From Spirulina sp. (lineage in GTDB: Bacteria > Cyanobacteriota > Cyanobacteriia > Phormidesmidales > Phormidesmidaceae), in contig JBIPSI010000008.1 in assembly GCA_044070495.1 (NCBI GenBank), forward strand, positions 96,001 to 160,000: 64,000 nt of DNA, read 5' to 3'. Below the pieces are notes generated by a model that did no database searches, was not told where the DNA came from, and saw nothing but the letters and a program-made list of their open reading frames with translations. Every line of letters begins with the position of its first letter. The first letter of the stretch is position 1. Below, piece after piece: positions 50,930 to 59,623 of this stretch. The translations under genes were made by a program, and so were the position numbers.

Positions 50930-51328
50930 ATGGCTCCCATCGCTCTCGCCCTCAACATCGTCGCGCTATGTGTCACCTTGGCGGGGGTAGAAACGCTGCA
51001 CGGCATTCTTCGTAATGCGTTGGTGGCTCCCAAAATTGGCACCAAACGGGCCAAAAAGCTAAGCTTAATCAGCGGCACCATCCTGCTGTTTATCGTGTGC
51101 TACCTTTGGGTGCCTCGGTTGGGCTTGGTCAGTCCTGGATCTCTACTCGCCCTGGGCCTCCTGCTTGCCATCTTCATGGCCCTGTTTGATATGCTGCTGG
51201 GCCACTACATCATCAAGCTCCGCTGGCGGGTAATCTTGAAGGACTTCGACCCTCGCCAGGGCAACTATTTGATATTTGGCTTGCTGGTGTTGGTGTTCAT
51301 CCCTCTGGTGGTGATGGCGATACATTAA
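50930..51328 (+). CDS. Hypothetical 4-TM membrane protein
   Basis: 132-aa hydrophobic ORF with ETLHGILR and DFDPRQGNYL segments. Confidence 0.7.
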   Translation: MAPIALALNIVALCVTLAGVETLHGILRNALVAPKIGTKRAKKLSLISGTILLFIVCYLWVPRLGLVSPGSLLALGLLLAIFMALFDMLLGHYIIKLRWRVILKDFDPRQGNYLIFGLLVLVFIPLVVMAIH

Positions 51329-51358
51329 AGGACTTGCGCCGACTCAGCCCACCCCACA

Positions 51359-51580
51359 TCAGATCAATTTTTCCCACTCTTCTCGGCTGATTTGGGCTTG
51401 GCGAAGAATCTTGGTTAACAACGCTTTGCTGATGTCGCCCTGATGGGGATTAGGGATGGTAAGTCGCAACCCATCCCTCACCATGAATTGATGTTTACCC
51501 CCAGAATATGGCCCATCAAAGCCGAGTTGCTTAAGATACTGAACCAGGGCACTGCGCTTGATAGGGCCGAAAGCAGGCAT
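51359..51580 (-). CDS. hicA: HicA-family toxin (mRNA interferase)
   Basis: LKQLGFDGPYSGGKHQFM...LTIPNPH.GDI....L.KILRQA. Confidence 0.9.
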   Translation of the reverse strand: MPAFGPIKRSALVQYLKQLGFDGPYSGGKHQFMVRDGLRLTIPNPHQGDISKALLTKILRQAQISREEWEKLI

Positions 51581-51825
51581 TAGGCGACTTCCTCGACAGC
51601 AGGGTTAATGTCGAGGCCGTTGAGGGTAGGCAGCCGATGGCCAAGGTGTAGCCCCAGAATAAGCCACTCTTCTAAGACGCTTTGGAGGTCTTCGCGGCAG
51701 GCTTCTAGGGTTGTGCCGTTGCTGATTACCCCTGGACAGGTGGGGATTTCTCCGTAGAAGGTGCCATCGTCTAGCAATTCGTAAACGGCTTGATGCATAG
51801 CCGTTTGGATGTAGCGCGTCAGCAT
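51580..51825 (-). CDS. hicB: HicB-family antitoxin (short form, no DNA-binding domain)
   Basis: YELLDDGTFYGEIP.CPGV...G.TLE.CRE.L..VLEEW. TAATG overlap with hicA. Confidence 0.9.
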   Translation of the reverse strand: MLTRYIQTAMHQAVYELLDDGTFYGEIPTCPGVISNGTTLEACREDLQSVLEEWLILGLHLGHRLPTLNGLDINPAVEEVA

Positions 51826-51918
51826 AGGTCGTCACCGTTGGGCTATAGGGTGATCATACGTCACACCCCGGTCTGCTCACGAATTTCCCTAGCCAAGGAC
51901 TTCCAACCCTGCTATCCC

Positions 51919-52428
51919 CTAGCCCTCCACTCGGCTCTGGCAGCAGGGACACAGACCATAGATGGTAAACTGGCCATCTAGCAAGGCAAAGCCTCGATCC
52001 TGGGTTTCCTGGGTGGTCACTTCGGTAATGGCGTCGTCTTCAAATTCCTGCACATCGCCGCACTGCACGCAAACGAGGTGATGATGCTGTTGCCAAATGG
52101 GACTTTTGAGTTCGTAGTATTTGCGCCCTTCCGCCAGTTCTAGCTCTTGCAAAAGACCCAATTTCACCATCACATGTAGTGCGCGATACACGGTGGACAC
52201 GCTAATTCTTTCGCCCTGGTGGCCCAAATGCTGATGAATTTCCTCGGCACTGAGGTGATGGCGACTGGCGTTGGCTTCAAACAAAGCCAGAATTTTTTGG
52301 CGCTGCACCGTTAGCCGAAACCCTTCTCGGTTTAAGGTTTCCTTCAATATCCCAGGACTGATCAAATCTTGGGGGACCGGAGGATCCGGTGGGCTGGCAC
52401 TGTTTGCATCCATGTTGGCCTCTAGCAT
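51919..52428 (-). CDS. Fur-family regulator, divergent FurA-like paralogue
   Basis: GFRLTVQRQKIL, HLSAEE, STVYRAL, ELELAEGRKYYEL, HHHLVCVQC and CPCC. Start uncertain (52413, 52428 or 52446). Confidence 0.92.
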   Translation of the reverse strand: MLEANMDANSASPPDPPVPQDLISPGILKETLNREGFRLTVQRQKILALFEANASRHHLSAEEIHQHLGHQGERISVSTVYRALHVMVKLGLLQELELAEGRKYYELKSPIWQQHHHLVCVQCGDVQEFEDDAITEVTTQETQDRGFALLDGQFTIYGLCPCCQSRVEG

Positions 52429-52512
52429 CCAAACCACGGTATTCACATCTCAATCTAAGTACAACAAGAAAGCATTTAAGGTGACGACCTCATCGCGCCG
52501 GAAAGAGCGGCT

Positions 52513-52596
52513 ATTGAAATTAACTTTCGATAAATGAGAATCATCATTGCGGAGATATCGTAGACCTTAAAGAGGTTATTGAAAATGATTTTCGCT
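52513..52596. promoter_or_regulatory. Cluster of Fur-box-like sites in the fur/dps divergent promoter
   Basis: ATTGAAATTAACTTTCGAT (52513-31), AAATGAGAATCATCATT (52532-48) and ATTGAAAATGATTTTCGCT (52578-96). Confidence 0.6.
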
Positions 52597-52922
52597 AATA
52601 AGAATAGAATCCCAACGGTAGCCTACTACCCTTGTTTTTTTAGACTAAAAAAACTATCATCAAACTTCAGACTCCTTCGGTTCCTAATCATCACAGCTCT
52701 GTGAAATAGCTAAGAATCAAGGATCCAAACGACGGGACGAAGGTCAAATAGCCCACGACCACCGGATCTCAATCCACCCTTTTTGAACCACGTCATCGCA
52801 TTTCTCAATGGGGACAATAGCCCATTCATGGGGAATCTAGGATTTCGATGAATGGGTTGAGAATGTTCCCCGTTGTGAATAGCTGGAATGGGCCAAATAA
52901 CGCCAATTTTAAGGAGAGTGCT

Positions 52923-53459
52923 ATGCCTATCACCGAAACCCTGCTGCAATCCTACGGAGAGGTTGCGGACAACTGTATCGGGCTGGAAAAGTCGGTCACA
53001 GAGCCGATTATTGAAGGGCTGGGCACCGTTTATGCCAGCTTTATGGCCCTGTATATGCAGTACCAAAAGCATCATTTTGTGGTGGAAGGTTCGGAGTATT
53101 ACATGCTCCACGACTTTTTCTCGGAGAGCTACGAGGCCGTCCAAGACCACGCCCATGAGGTGGGTGAGCGGCTGCACGGGCTGGGTGGTGTTCCGGCAGG
53201 ACGACTGGCAACCCTGGCCAACCTCTGCGCCTTCGATCCGGAGGGGGATGATGTCCACCGCTGCCGGGTGATGATCGCCAATGACCTGAAGGCCGAACAG
53301 GCCATGGTTGAGCTGATTCGTCGGCTGGCTTCCCAGGCCGAAAGTCTGGGCGACCGCGCCACCCGCCACCTCTACGAGGAAATTTTGCTGAAGACCGAAG
53401 AACGCGCCTACCACCTGGAGCATTTCCTCACCCCCGACAGCCTGAAACTGGCTTGGTAG
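52923..53459 (+). CDS. dpsA: Dps family ferritin-like protein (cyanobacterial DpsA type)
   Basis: [16 protein letters not shown]...[21 protein letters not shown] and [21 protein letters not shown] before ATG 52923. Confidence 0.9.
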   Translation: MPITETLLQSYGEVADNCIGLEKSVTEPIIEGLGTVYASFMALYMQYQKHHFVVEGSEYYMLHDFFSESYEAVQDHAHEVGERLHGLGGVPAGRLATLANLCAFDPEGDDVHRCRVMIANDLKAEQAMVELIRRLASQAESLGDRATRHLYEEILLKTEERAYHLEHFLTPDSLKLAW

Positions 53460-53566
53460 GCCAAGTCTATCGGCCAAGTTCATCGATCTTTGCCGCTCCA
53501 TCGCCCACCTTGACCATGGCGTCATGGCGCTGAGCGTCCTTGGGTGAAATCTATCCATCCGGCCCA

Positions 53567-54316
53567 TCATTGGCAGTGGGCCAAAAGCGCGATTGCACGG
53601 TCGGGGGTAACTCGGCTGTGCATTTTTTTCTGGGGCATCACCCGCAGGTTTGGCCCCTGTTTGCAGGCTCCCATGCAGCCCGAGCCTTCCACGGTGATGT
53701 GTTGCAAATCGGGGTTGCTCTCGACTTCGGACTGAAGCGCTTGCAGGATGTGCTGCCCGCCCTGCTTAAAGCATTTGCCCTTACGACAGACCTGAAGACA
53801 GGCTTTTTTCGGCGCGGCTGGTTTCGCAGATGATGGCTGTTTGGATCCGTGTTTCGTCAATACCTGAAGCCCCTGATCCGTTAGGCCATCCTGAACCCTT
53901 GCCAATGATGGCAACGTGGCTACATTTTTTTCTGCAACCGTGGCGGATTGAATCAGGGCATCCTTTAGGGCTTGGGGCACCTCGGCCTCAGGCCAGGGAA
54001 TCAGGTTCATGCCCCGCCAGCGGTCATCGTCGCGGTCGGCCCACACCTGCACCCAAGCACCGGGTTGCAGTTCGCGCACCAGCATCGGACGTAGATACTT
54101 GGGCAGCTTAATCGCCAGTTCACCCTCGGCAGCGTGGAGAATCAGCCCTTTAATTTTGCCCTTGGCCGACCGCAGGGGGGCCGCGTACCTGCCGCGCAGA
54201 ACCTGGCCCTGGGGCTGGTGAGGACTGGGGGCGGAGGGCTGAAGGACGGGCTGCACAGGGGCGACCATCACCGCCGAGACAGGCCGGGAAAATCGAGGGG
54301 ATTCATCGCGCATCAT
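53567..54316 (-). CDS. Thioredoxin-like [2Fe-2S] ferredoxin-domain protein with an uncharacterised N-terminal beta-rich domain
   Basis: C-terminal VCRKGKC...GCMGACKQGPN (Cx4C...Cx3C). N-terminal GKIKGLIL...IKLPKYLR. ATGA overlap with the upstream gene. Confidence 0.85.
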   Translation of the reverse strand: MMRDESPRFSRPVSAVMVAPVQPVLQPSAPSPHQPQGQVLRGRYAAPLRSAKGKIKGLILHAAEGELAIKLPKYLRPMLVRELQPGAWVQVWADRDDDRWRGMNLIPWPEAEVPQALKDALIQSATVAEKNVATLPSLARVQDGLTDQGLQVLTKHGSKQPSSAKPAAPKKACLQVCRKGKCFKQGGQHILQALQSEVESNPDLQHITVEGSGCMGACKQGPNLRVMPQKKMHSRVTPDRAIALLAHCQ

Positions 54317-54591
54317 TTCGAGATCCTTTGCTGCCAGCAGCGGTTGAGGTGGGCGACCTGGTCTGCCTTGGGGGCGATTTGGGTTTTTACGACGCTCCAA
54401 ATTTGGGCCAGGGCCAGGGGCGTTTCGGCGGAAACCCGCAGGGGTTGATGCACCCCGCAATGGCAGGGAATCGAGAGATCTTGCAAGCGGCGGTAAACCT
54501 CCCAAGTGGCGACCCGATCTAGGTCGAGGGGTAGGGTAAGCGCCGGAGATGGGCTAGACAGCGGAGCAGAGGGAGAGCACAACATGGCCAT
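54313..54591 (-). CDS. Asr1405/Asl0597-family small protein
   Basis: WEVYRRLQDLSIPCHC....PLRV....PLALAQIWSV...L.RCW. Confidence 0.8.
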   Translation of the reverse strand: MAMLCSPSAPLSSPSPALTLPLDLDRVATWEVYRRLQDLSIPCHCGVHQPLRVSAETPLALAQIWSVVKTQIAPKADQVAHLNRCWQQRISK

Positions 54592-54841
54592 CGAAGTCAG
54601 AGAACTTCGGGATTAGGGGATGACAGCCAGGGCAAAACCCACCGCTGGCCCACGATCCTCTTGCCATTGGTTCTGAATAAAGGGTGACTGGGTGTCTAAG
54701 CCTGGGGGCTAAGATTATTCCCAAATAAGGCCCAAATTCCCTGTCAGCAACCGCTTAGGCGTTCTATGGCGCTGTAACTGAGATATTGGGAGCCATCCTT
54801 AATGAAGATCGTTTCCACTAAGATAACGAACCCCTGGGTTT

Positions 54842-54935
54842 AATGCAATAGATTTTCAATAAGAAAATTCTATAAAAACCCAGAAGCCTTGTCATATCAG
54901 GTGATTCAAGCCTTAACCTGAAATTAACTCGCAAT
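54842..54935. promoter_or_regulatory. Fur-box-like sites upstream of the Asr1405/ferredoxin operon
   Basis: AATGCAATAGATTTTCAAT (54842-60; reverse complement ATTGAAAATCTATTGCATT) and TGAAATTAACT (54919-29), identical to 52515-25. Confidence 0.55.
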
Positions 54936-55001
54936 GAAATGTTGCTATAACTTAGATCAACTGGCGATAAGCACCGCCCCAGCCAACCACCGAGAACGCC
55001 C

Positions 55002-55775
55002 CTAAAACGTCTGAAGTGCGACCAGCATCTCTTCGCTGAGGGGGGTGGGGGTGAGGCTGTAGCGAATCCCCTCAGTGACGGAGACCAGGTTGAGGTAGTA
55101 GGGATCTTCGCCATCCTTGGCCACCCGATAAATGCGAACGCCCGTTTCCGTGGAAAGCACTTCCCCCGTGATGTTGCTGAGGCGATAGCCCTGGGCTTCC
55201 AGGTTGTCTTGAATGGATCGCGCCGCCCCTCGCCAGCCCCCCTCTACGGGGCTAGTCCAGCAGGTTTCAACGCCGCAATCGGCCTGTTGCGCCCCCTGGA
55301 AGTGGGGAAAATCGGCGTAGGGCTGGGGTTCGGGTTCCGCAATGGGTTCCGCAATGGGTTCTGGCTCTGGATCTGTGGCCATGGGTTCCGTAACGGGTGG
55401 TTCAGGAGCGACCAAGGGTTCGGCAGGAGCAGGGATAACCTCTGGGACGGACTGCTGAACAGGCGGCGCAACCCTAGGAGAGGGAACCACGGCAGCGGGA
55501 CTCATTTCGGCGGGAGGGGGGGCTGGCGCGGCTGGTTCGGATTGGGGCGTAGGCAGAACAGCCACATCAATGCTGGCGGTGGGTTCTTGCATGGTTGTGG
55601 GATCTTCCGCTTCGTGGGCACGGGGCGACCAGGGTAGACCGAGGAGCACTCCATGGGCACCCAAAGACGCCGCCAAACACAGCCCGCCCAGCCAAGGCTT
55701 GAGCTTTGCGATCCTGGCTTTTTGGCCTGAGGAGCGGGGGATCGGGGTGGAATGGGCGAAAAACTGTAGGGTCAT
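55002..55775 (-). CDS. Membrane-anchored Pro-rich protein with a TonB-like N-terminus and an unrecognised C-terminal domain
   Basis: TM LCLAASLGAHGVLLGLPW (SxxxH), P/E-rich linker (EPEPIAEPIAEPEP) and a ~105-aa globular C-domain with two Cys. Confidence 0.7.
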   Translation of the reverse strand: MTLQFFAHSTPIPRSSGQKARIAKLKPWLGGLCLAASLGAHGVLLGLPWSPRAHEAEDPTTMQEPTASIDVAVLPTPQSEPAAPAPPPAEMSPAAVVPSPRVAPPVQQSVPEVIPAPAEPLVAPEPPVTEPMATDPEPEPIAEPIAEPEPQPYADFPHFQGAQQADCGVETCWTSPVEGGWRGAARSIQDNLEAQGYRLSNITGEVLSTETGVRIYRVAKDGEDPYYLNLVSVTEGIRYSLTPTPLSEEMLVALQTF

Positions 55776-56060
55776 TATCGAAAAGCTTTGGCAGTAGTTT
55801 GTGCCGGGTAACAGGATCGGTTCACCATTAGCTTACGCCAATATACCCTAACAATCGACGATTTCATAGAGATTTCAAGGATTTAACTGGTCTCCATTGA
55901 CCTGAATCGGGGGATTCTCAGTTGCCACTACCCACCACCTATACCAAGTCTTTTTCGGAGTTTATTGGGAAGCTGTGTCAACAAGCGCTACAATGCGTAA
56001 CGAACTGAACCCAAGGGCATCTCCCCTGAGGGCGCTTTTGAAGATTTTTGAAGGTTTGAG

Positions 56061-57143
56061 GTGTTTAAGGTGTCAAGCAAATTAGGACGACGTGCGTTTT
56101 TAGGGGCTGGAGCCGCCGCTACCGCTGTGGCCTTGGGGGGGCTGAATCGTCAACCCGCCCAGGCTCAGTTTCGTTGGGGGCGGAACCGAGGTCGGGTCGT
56201 GAACCTCTACTCCTCTCGCCACTACGATACCGACGAGCAGCTTTATGAGCGTTTCCGGGAAGCCACGGGGATTCGGATCAACGTGGTGGAAGCCGAGGCC
56301 GACCAACTGATTGAGCGGATTAAGAGCGAAGGCCAAAACAGCCCCGCCGACCTGCTGATGACCGTGGATGCGGGTCGTCTGTGGCGGGCCGAACAGGAAG
56401 GCATCTTCCAGCCGGTGACCTCCTCAGTGTTGACCGGGGCCATCCCCAGCAACCTGCGCCACCCCGGCGGCCTATGGTTTGGCCTCACCCAGCGGGCCAG
56501 GGTGATCATGTACCGCAAGGATCGGGTCAACCCCTCCGAGCTTTCCACCTACGAAGCCCTGGTGGATCCCAAGTGGCGGGGGCGCATCCTCACCCGTAGC
56601 TCCACCAATATCTACAGCCAGTCCCTAGTTGGATCCATGATTGCCGCCCACGGCGCAACGGATACCGAAACCTGGGCACGGGGCTTGGTGGCCAACTTTG
56701 CCCGCGATCCCCAGGGTGGCGACACCGACCAAATCAAAGCCGTGGCTGCTGGCCTGGGCGATCTGGCCATCTCCAACACCTACTACCTCGCCCGCTTGCT
56801 CAAGTCCGACAATGCGGAAGATCGGGCTGTGGCCGAGGCCATCGGGGTGTTCTTCCCCAACCAAAACGACCGGGGCACCCACGTCAACATCAGTGGGGCG
56901 GGGCTGGTGAGCACGGCCCCCAACGCCGCATCGGCCATTGAGTTTCTGGAGTACCTGGTCAGTCCAGAGGCCCAGCGCATCTTTGCGGAGGGCAACAACG
57001 AATACCCCGTCGTGGAAGGTGTGGCCATTGACTCGGTGGTGGCCAGCTTTGGCGAATTTATTGCCGATCCCCTCAATGCCGCCGTCTTTGGCCGCAACAA
57101 CCCCGAAGCCCTGCGCATCACCGACCGAGCAGGCTGGAAGTAA
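56061..57143 (+). CDS. futA: Fe(III) ABC transporter substrate-binding protein (FutA/IdiA), Tat-exported
   Basis: GRRAFL twin-arginine signal. [43 protein letters not shown] and NNEYPV. Confidence 0.95.
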   Translation: MFKVSSKLGRRAFLGAGAAATAVALGGLNRQPAQAQFRWGRNRGRVVNLYSSRHYDTDEQLYERFREATGIRINVVEAEADQLIERIKSEGQNSPADLLMTVDAGRLWRAEQEGIFQPVTSSVLTGAIPSNLRHPGGLWFGLTQRARVIMYRKDRVNPSELSTYEALVDPKWRGRILTRSSTNIYSQSLVGSMIAAHGATDTETWARGLVANFARDPQGGDTDQIKAVAAGLGDLAISNTYYLARLLKSDNAEDRAVAEAIGVFFPNQNDRGTHVNISGAGLVSTAPNAASAIEFLEYLVSPEAQRIFAEGNNEYPVVEGVAIDSVVASFGEFIADPLNAAVFGRNNPEALRITDRAGWK

Positions 57144-57167
57144 CCCCCAGCCCCTTTCCCAAGAGGG

Positions 57168-57357
57168 CTGCTGTGTACACATAAGTCTTGACGTAGACGA
57201 TATAGGGGTTCGATCCCCCCTAGCCCCCCTTAAGAAGGGGGGAACCGGAATCAAAGTCCCCCTTTTTATAGACGCTTGCGGCTTCCCGCAGGGTAGGGGG
57301 ATTTAGGGGGATCTCCAAGGACTTGCGGCCTAAAAACAAGATGTGTATACACAGTAG
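57168..57357 (+). mobile_element. MITE copy C with an internal ~26-bp insert, part of a larger nested structure extending to 57463
   Basis: Ends CTGCTGTGTACACA and TGTGTATACACAGTAG. Colinear with copy B except for TAGACGCTTGCGGCTTCCCGCAGGGT (57269-57294). A second right TIR ends at 57463. Confidence 0.85.
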
Positions 57358-57827
57358 CCCAGGGCGGGAGAGAGAGCCGGAAAGTCTTGTTTGGCCTCCC
57401 TCTCGCCCAAAAATGGGCGAGAGGGACTGAGGGGGTGAGGGCCGAGATGTGTGTACACAGTAGCCCAGGAGGGAGAGGGGAACTGGATTGGTTCAGGTGT
57501 TGTTGCAAGAACCGCCAGGGTTGTCCATGGGCAAAGTCACCCTCAGCACTAGGAAACTACGTTAAGACTTGGGCCGGATTGTCAGGGGCGATACGGTCGT
57601 GGTGGGTGGCCCTTGCTAGGGTAGAGGGGTATTCTCTAGCCACAAAATACCTTTCGGTTCAGTGTTTTAATACCTTAGCGACCTTTTGTTGCTTCCACTA
57701 CCTTTTCAGCGCATTTAGGTTTTGAGCGCACATTTAACTTTATTACGTTCCCCCCTGTAGGCATTAAAAATAAAAAAGAGGGAACTATAACAGTGGTTGA
57801 CCTTTCACTTCAGGATACGTACAGGTC

Positions 57828-58076
57828 ATGGAAATTCCCCAAGCCATCATCGACGATCTCATTTTGACCCTCCATCAGTCCCAGCGATCTACAGTATTGA
57901 TCGGCGGCACCAGCGGTCAAGCGGCCCACGATGTCACCCTTCACAGCCAAAACCGTCGCCATCGTCAGCAGCAGCAGGCCATTGCCTCGGCTATCGGTGC
58001 CGTGATTGAGTTTGCCAGCGAAGACGTGCAGACCCGCCTAGCCTCCAGCTATCAGAAGTCTGCTAGTTTGCCCTAG
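57828..58076 (+). CDS. Small hypothetical protein
   Basis: 82-aa ORF in an otherwise empty gap, with a TATAAC -10-like hexamer at 57786. No recognisable family. Confidence 0.5.
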   Translation: MEIPQAIIDDLILTLHQSQRSTVLIGGTSGQAAHDVTLHSQNRRHRQQQQAIASAIGAVIEFASEDVQTRLASSYQKSASLP

Positions 58077-58151
58077 GCTTGGTTCTTCCCGACCCCAAAG
58101 CGGTTAAGATGCCACGGTACTCTCTACCATCCCTCTAGGGGTTAGGGTTGC

Positions 58152-59384
58152 ATGGCCATCACTTTAAAGCTTTGGCGTCAGGATTTGGGGCGCTTTTCTC
58201 GACAATATCTCATCTATTTTCTGCCGATTACCTTTCTGATTTATCTCACCCTAGAGAGCTATCAGATCGACTTTCGCAGCTTTTACCTGGCAGGCAAATC
58301 GGTGCTGTTTGGGCTTGATCCCTACCTAAACTATGTGGGAATACGGCCTGAGTTCTATGGCCCCATTAATGCCGAAACAGCCCCCTATTCAGGCTTTCGC
58401 TATCCTCCCTTTGCGGCGCTTATGTTTGCGCCCTTGGCCCTGTTTCCCTACGCCGTTGCCAAGGCCCTCTTCACCCTGACGATGTTGATTAGCCTGGGCC
58501 TGTTGGGGTTTGGCCTGGTGCGGCGCAGTCGGTTTGCCATCCCCGGCGAGGCGCTGCTGTTTATGATGGTCAGCTTTCCGGTGCTGGCCCTGGTGGAGCG
58601 GGGGCAGGTGGACAGCGCCCTGGTGTACCTGATTGTTCTGGCCTATTGGGCCAGCCAACACCGCTATGGAAGTTGGCTGGCGGCCCTGTTCATTGGGGCG
58701 GCTGGCGCACTCAAGATTTTTCCCATCGTGGCGCTGGTGTTCTATGCCATGCGACGCCAGTGGCGGCTGGTGGCGGCGGCGCTGCTGTGGGCGGCAGGGC
58801 TGGTGCTGGTTCCCTACCTCTATTTTGGCAACGAGGTCTATGGCCACTTCTTACAGCGCACGTTTCCGGCCTATTTTGGCGAAATCACCACCGATCTGCC
58901 GATGAGTTTGCACAATCAGGGGGTGGCCCTCAACAAGGTGGTGATCTCCATGGACGCCGATAACCTGATTGCCACCCACGATTTTGTCAATGGTTTTATG
59001 AATCCCTTGCTGAATAGCAGCACCCTGGGATCGCTGATCTCCGGTACCGTGCTGACGGTGCTGCTGCTGATTGCCCTCCACCGTTGCCCTGTGGATATGC
59101 AGTTCTATGGTCTGCTGAATGTGATTAACCTATTCAATCCAGTGGCCTGGATTATGGGCTTGGTGTGGCATATCCCCCTATTTTTGTATCTATATCCCCG
59201 TGCGACACGATTGGGCCAGTTTTTACTGTTGCTACCGCTGTTTTTACCGCCGTTTCTCAATGCTAGCGCTGTGGCGGCCTATGTGTTCACGGTGGTCTTT
59301 GCCCTGGCCCATCGGTGGCCCCCCTTGGCGCGTCATTTGCTGATCCCTGCCCAGGAAGCCGCCACGATGGATAATTCGCCCTAG
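58152..59384 (+). CDS. Glycosyltransferase family 87 (DUF2029, GT-C) membrane protein
   Basis: DFRSFYLAG, FRYPPFAALMFAPLA, ERGQVD and LKIFP in a polytopic membrane protein. Confidence 0.85.
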   Translation: MAITLKLWRQDLGRFSRQYLIYFLPITFLIYLTLESYQIDFRSFYLAGKSVLFGLDPYLNYVGIRPEFYGPINAETAPYSGFRYPPFAALMFAPLALFPYAVAKALFTLTMLISLGLLGFGLVRRSRFAIPGEALLFMMVSFPVLALVERGQVDSALVYLIVLAYWASQHRYGSWLAALFIGAAGALKIFPIVALVFYAMRRQWRLVAAALLWAAGLVLVPYLYFGNEVYGHFLQRTFPAYFGEITTDLPMSLHNQGVALNKVVISMDADNLIATHDFVNGFMNPLLNSSTLGSLISGTVLTVLLLIALHRCPVDMQFYGLLNVINLFNPVAWIMGLVWHIPLFLYLYPRATRLGQFLLLLPLFLPPFLNASAVAAYVFTVVFALAHRWPPLARHLLIPAQEAATMDNSP

Positions 59385-59623
59385 GGTGCCGAGCAGGGTT
59401 GGCTATCAACACAACCTAAAGGGAGATCGGGGGCATTAAGAACGGCGGGAACCTAAGGCCCTAGTCCATCGACATAGGAACGAGGGATTCCCTAAGCTGT
59501 TGGAAAACTGGGCGGGGGCTAGGCTCCGTAGATCACAACGTCCCCAAAGCCACTCGTACGGAAAGCTTTGGTGGTTTCCATCTCCTTTCATCCATCACCC
59601 ATCTCCTACTGGGAGAATTCGCC

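Noticed and set aside
52690..52790. Possible iron-stress sRNA (IsaR1-like) in the long dps leader
   Set aside because: Only a vague resemblance (AAGGATC...GACGGGA) to my recollection of the RNA, with no clear seed or terminator. It needs a covariance-model search and is not supportable by eye.
57525..57600. Possible c-di-GMP-I riboswitch (GGGCAAA...GGAAAC)
   Set aside because: The downstream GACGCAAAG/P2 elements and required pairings are not present.
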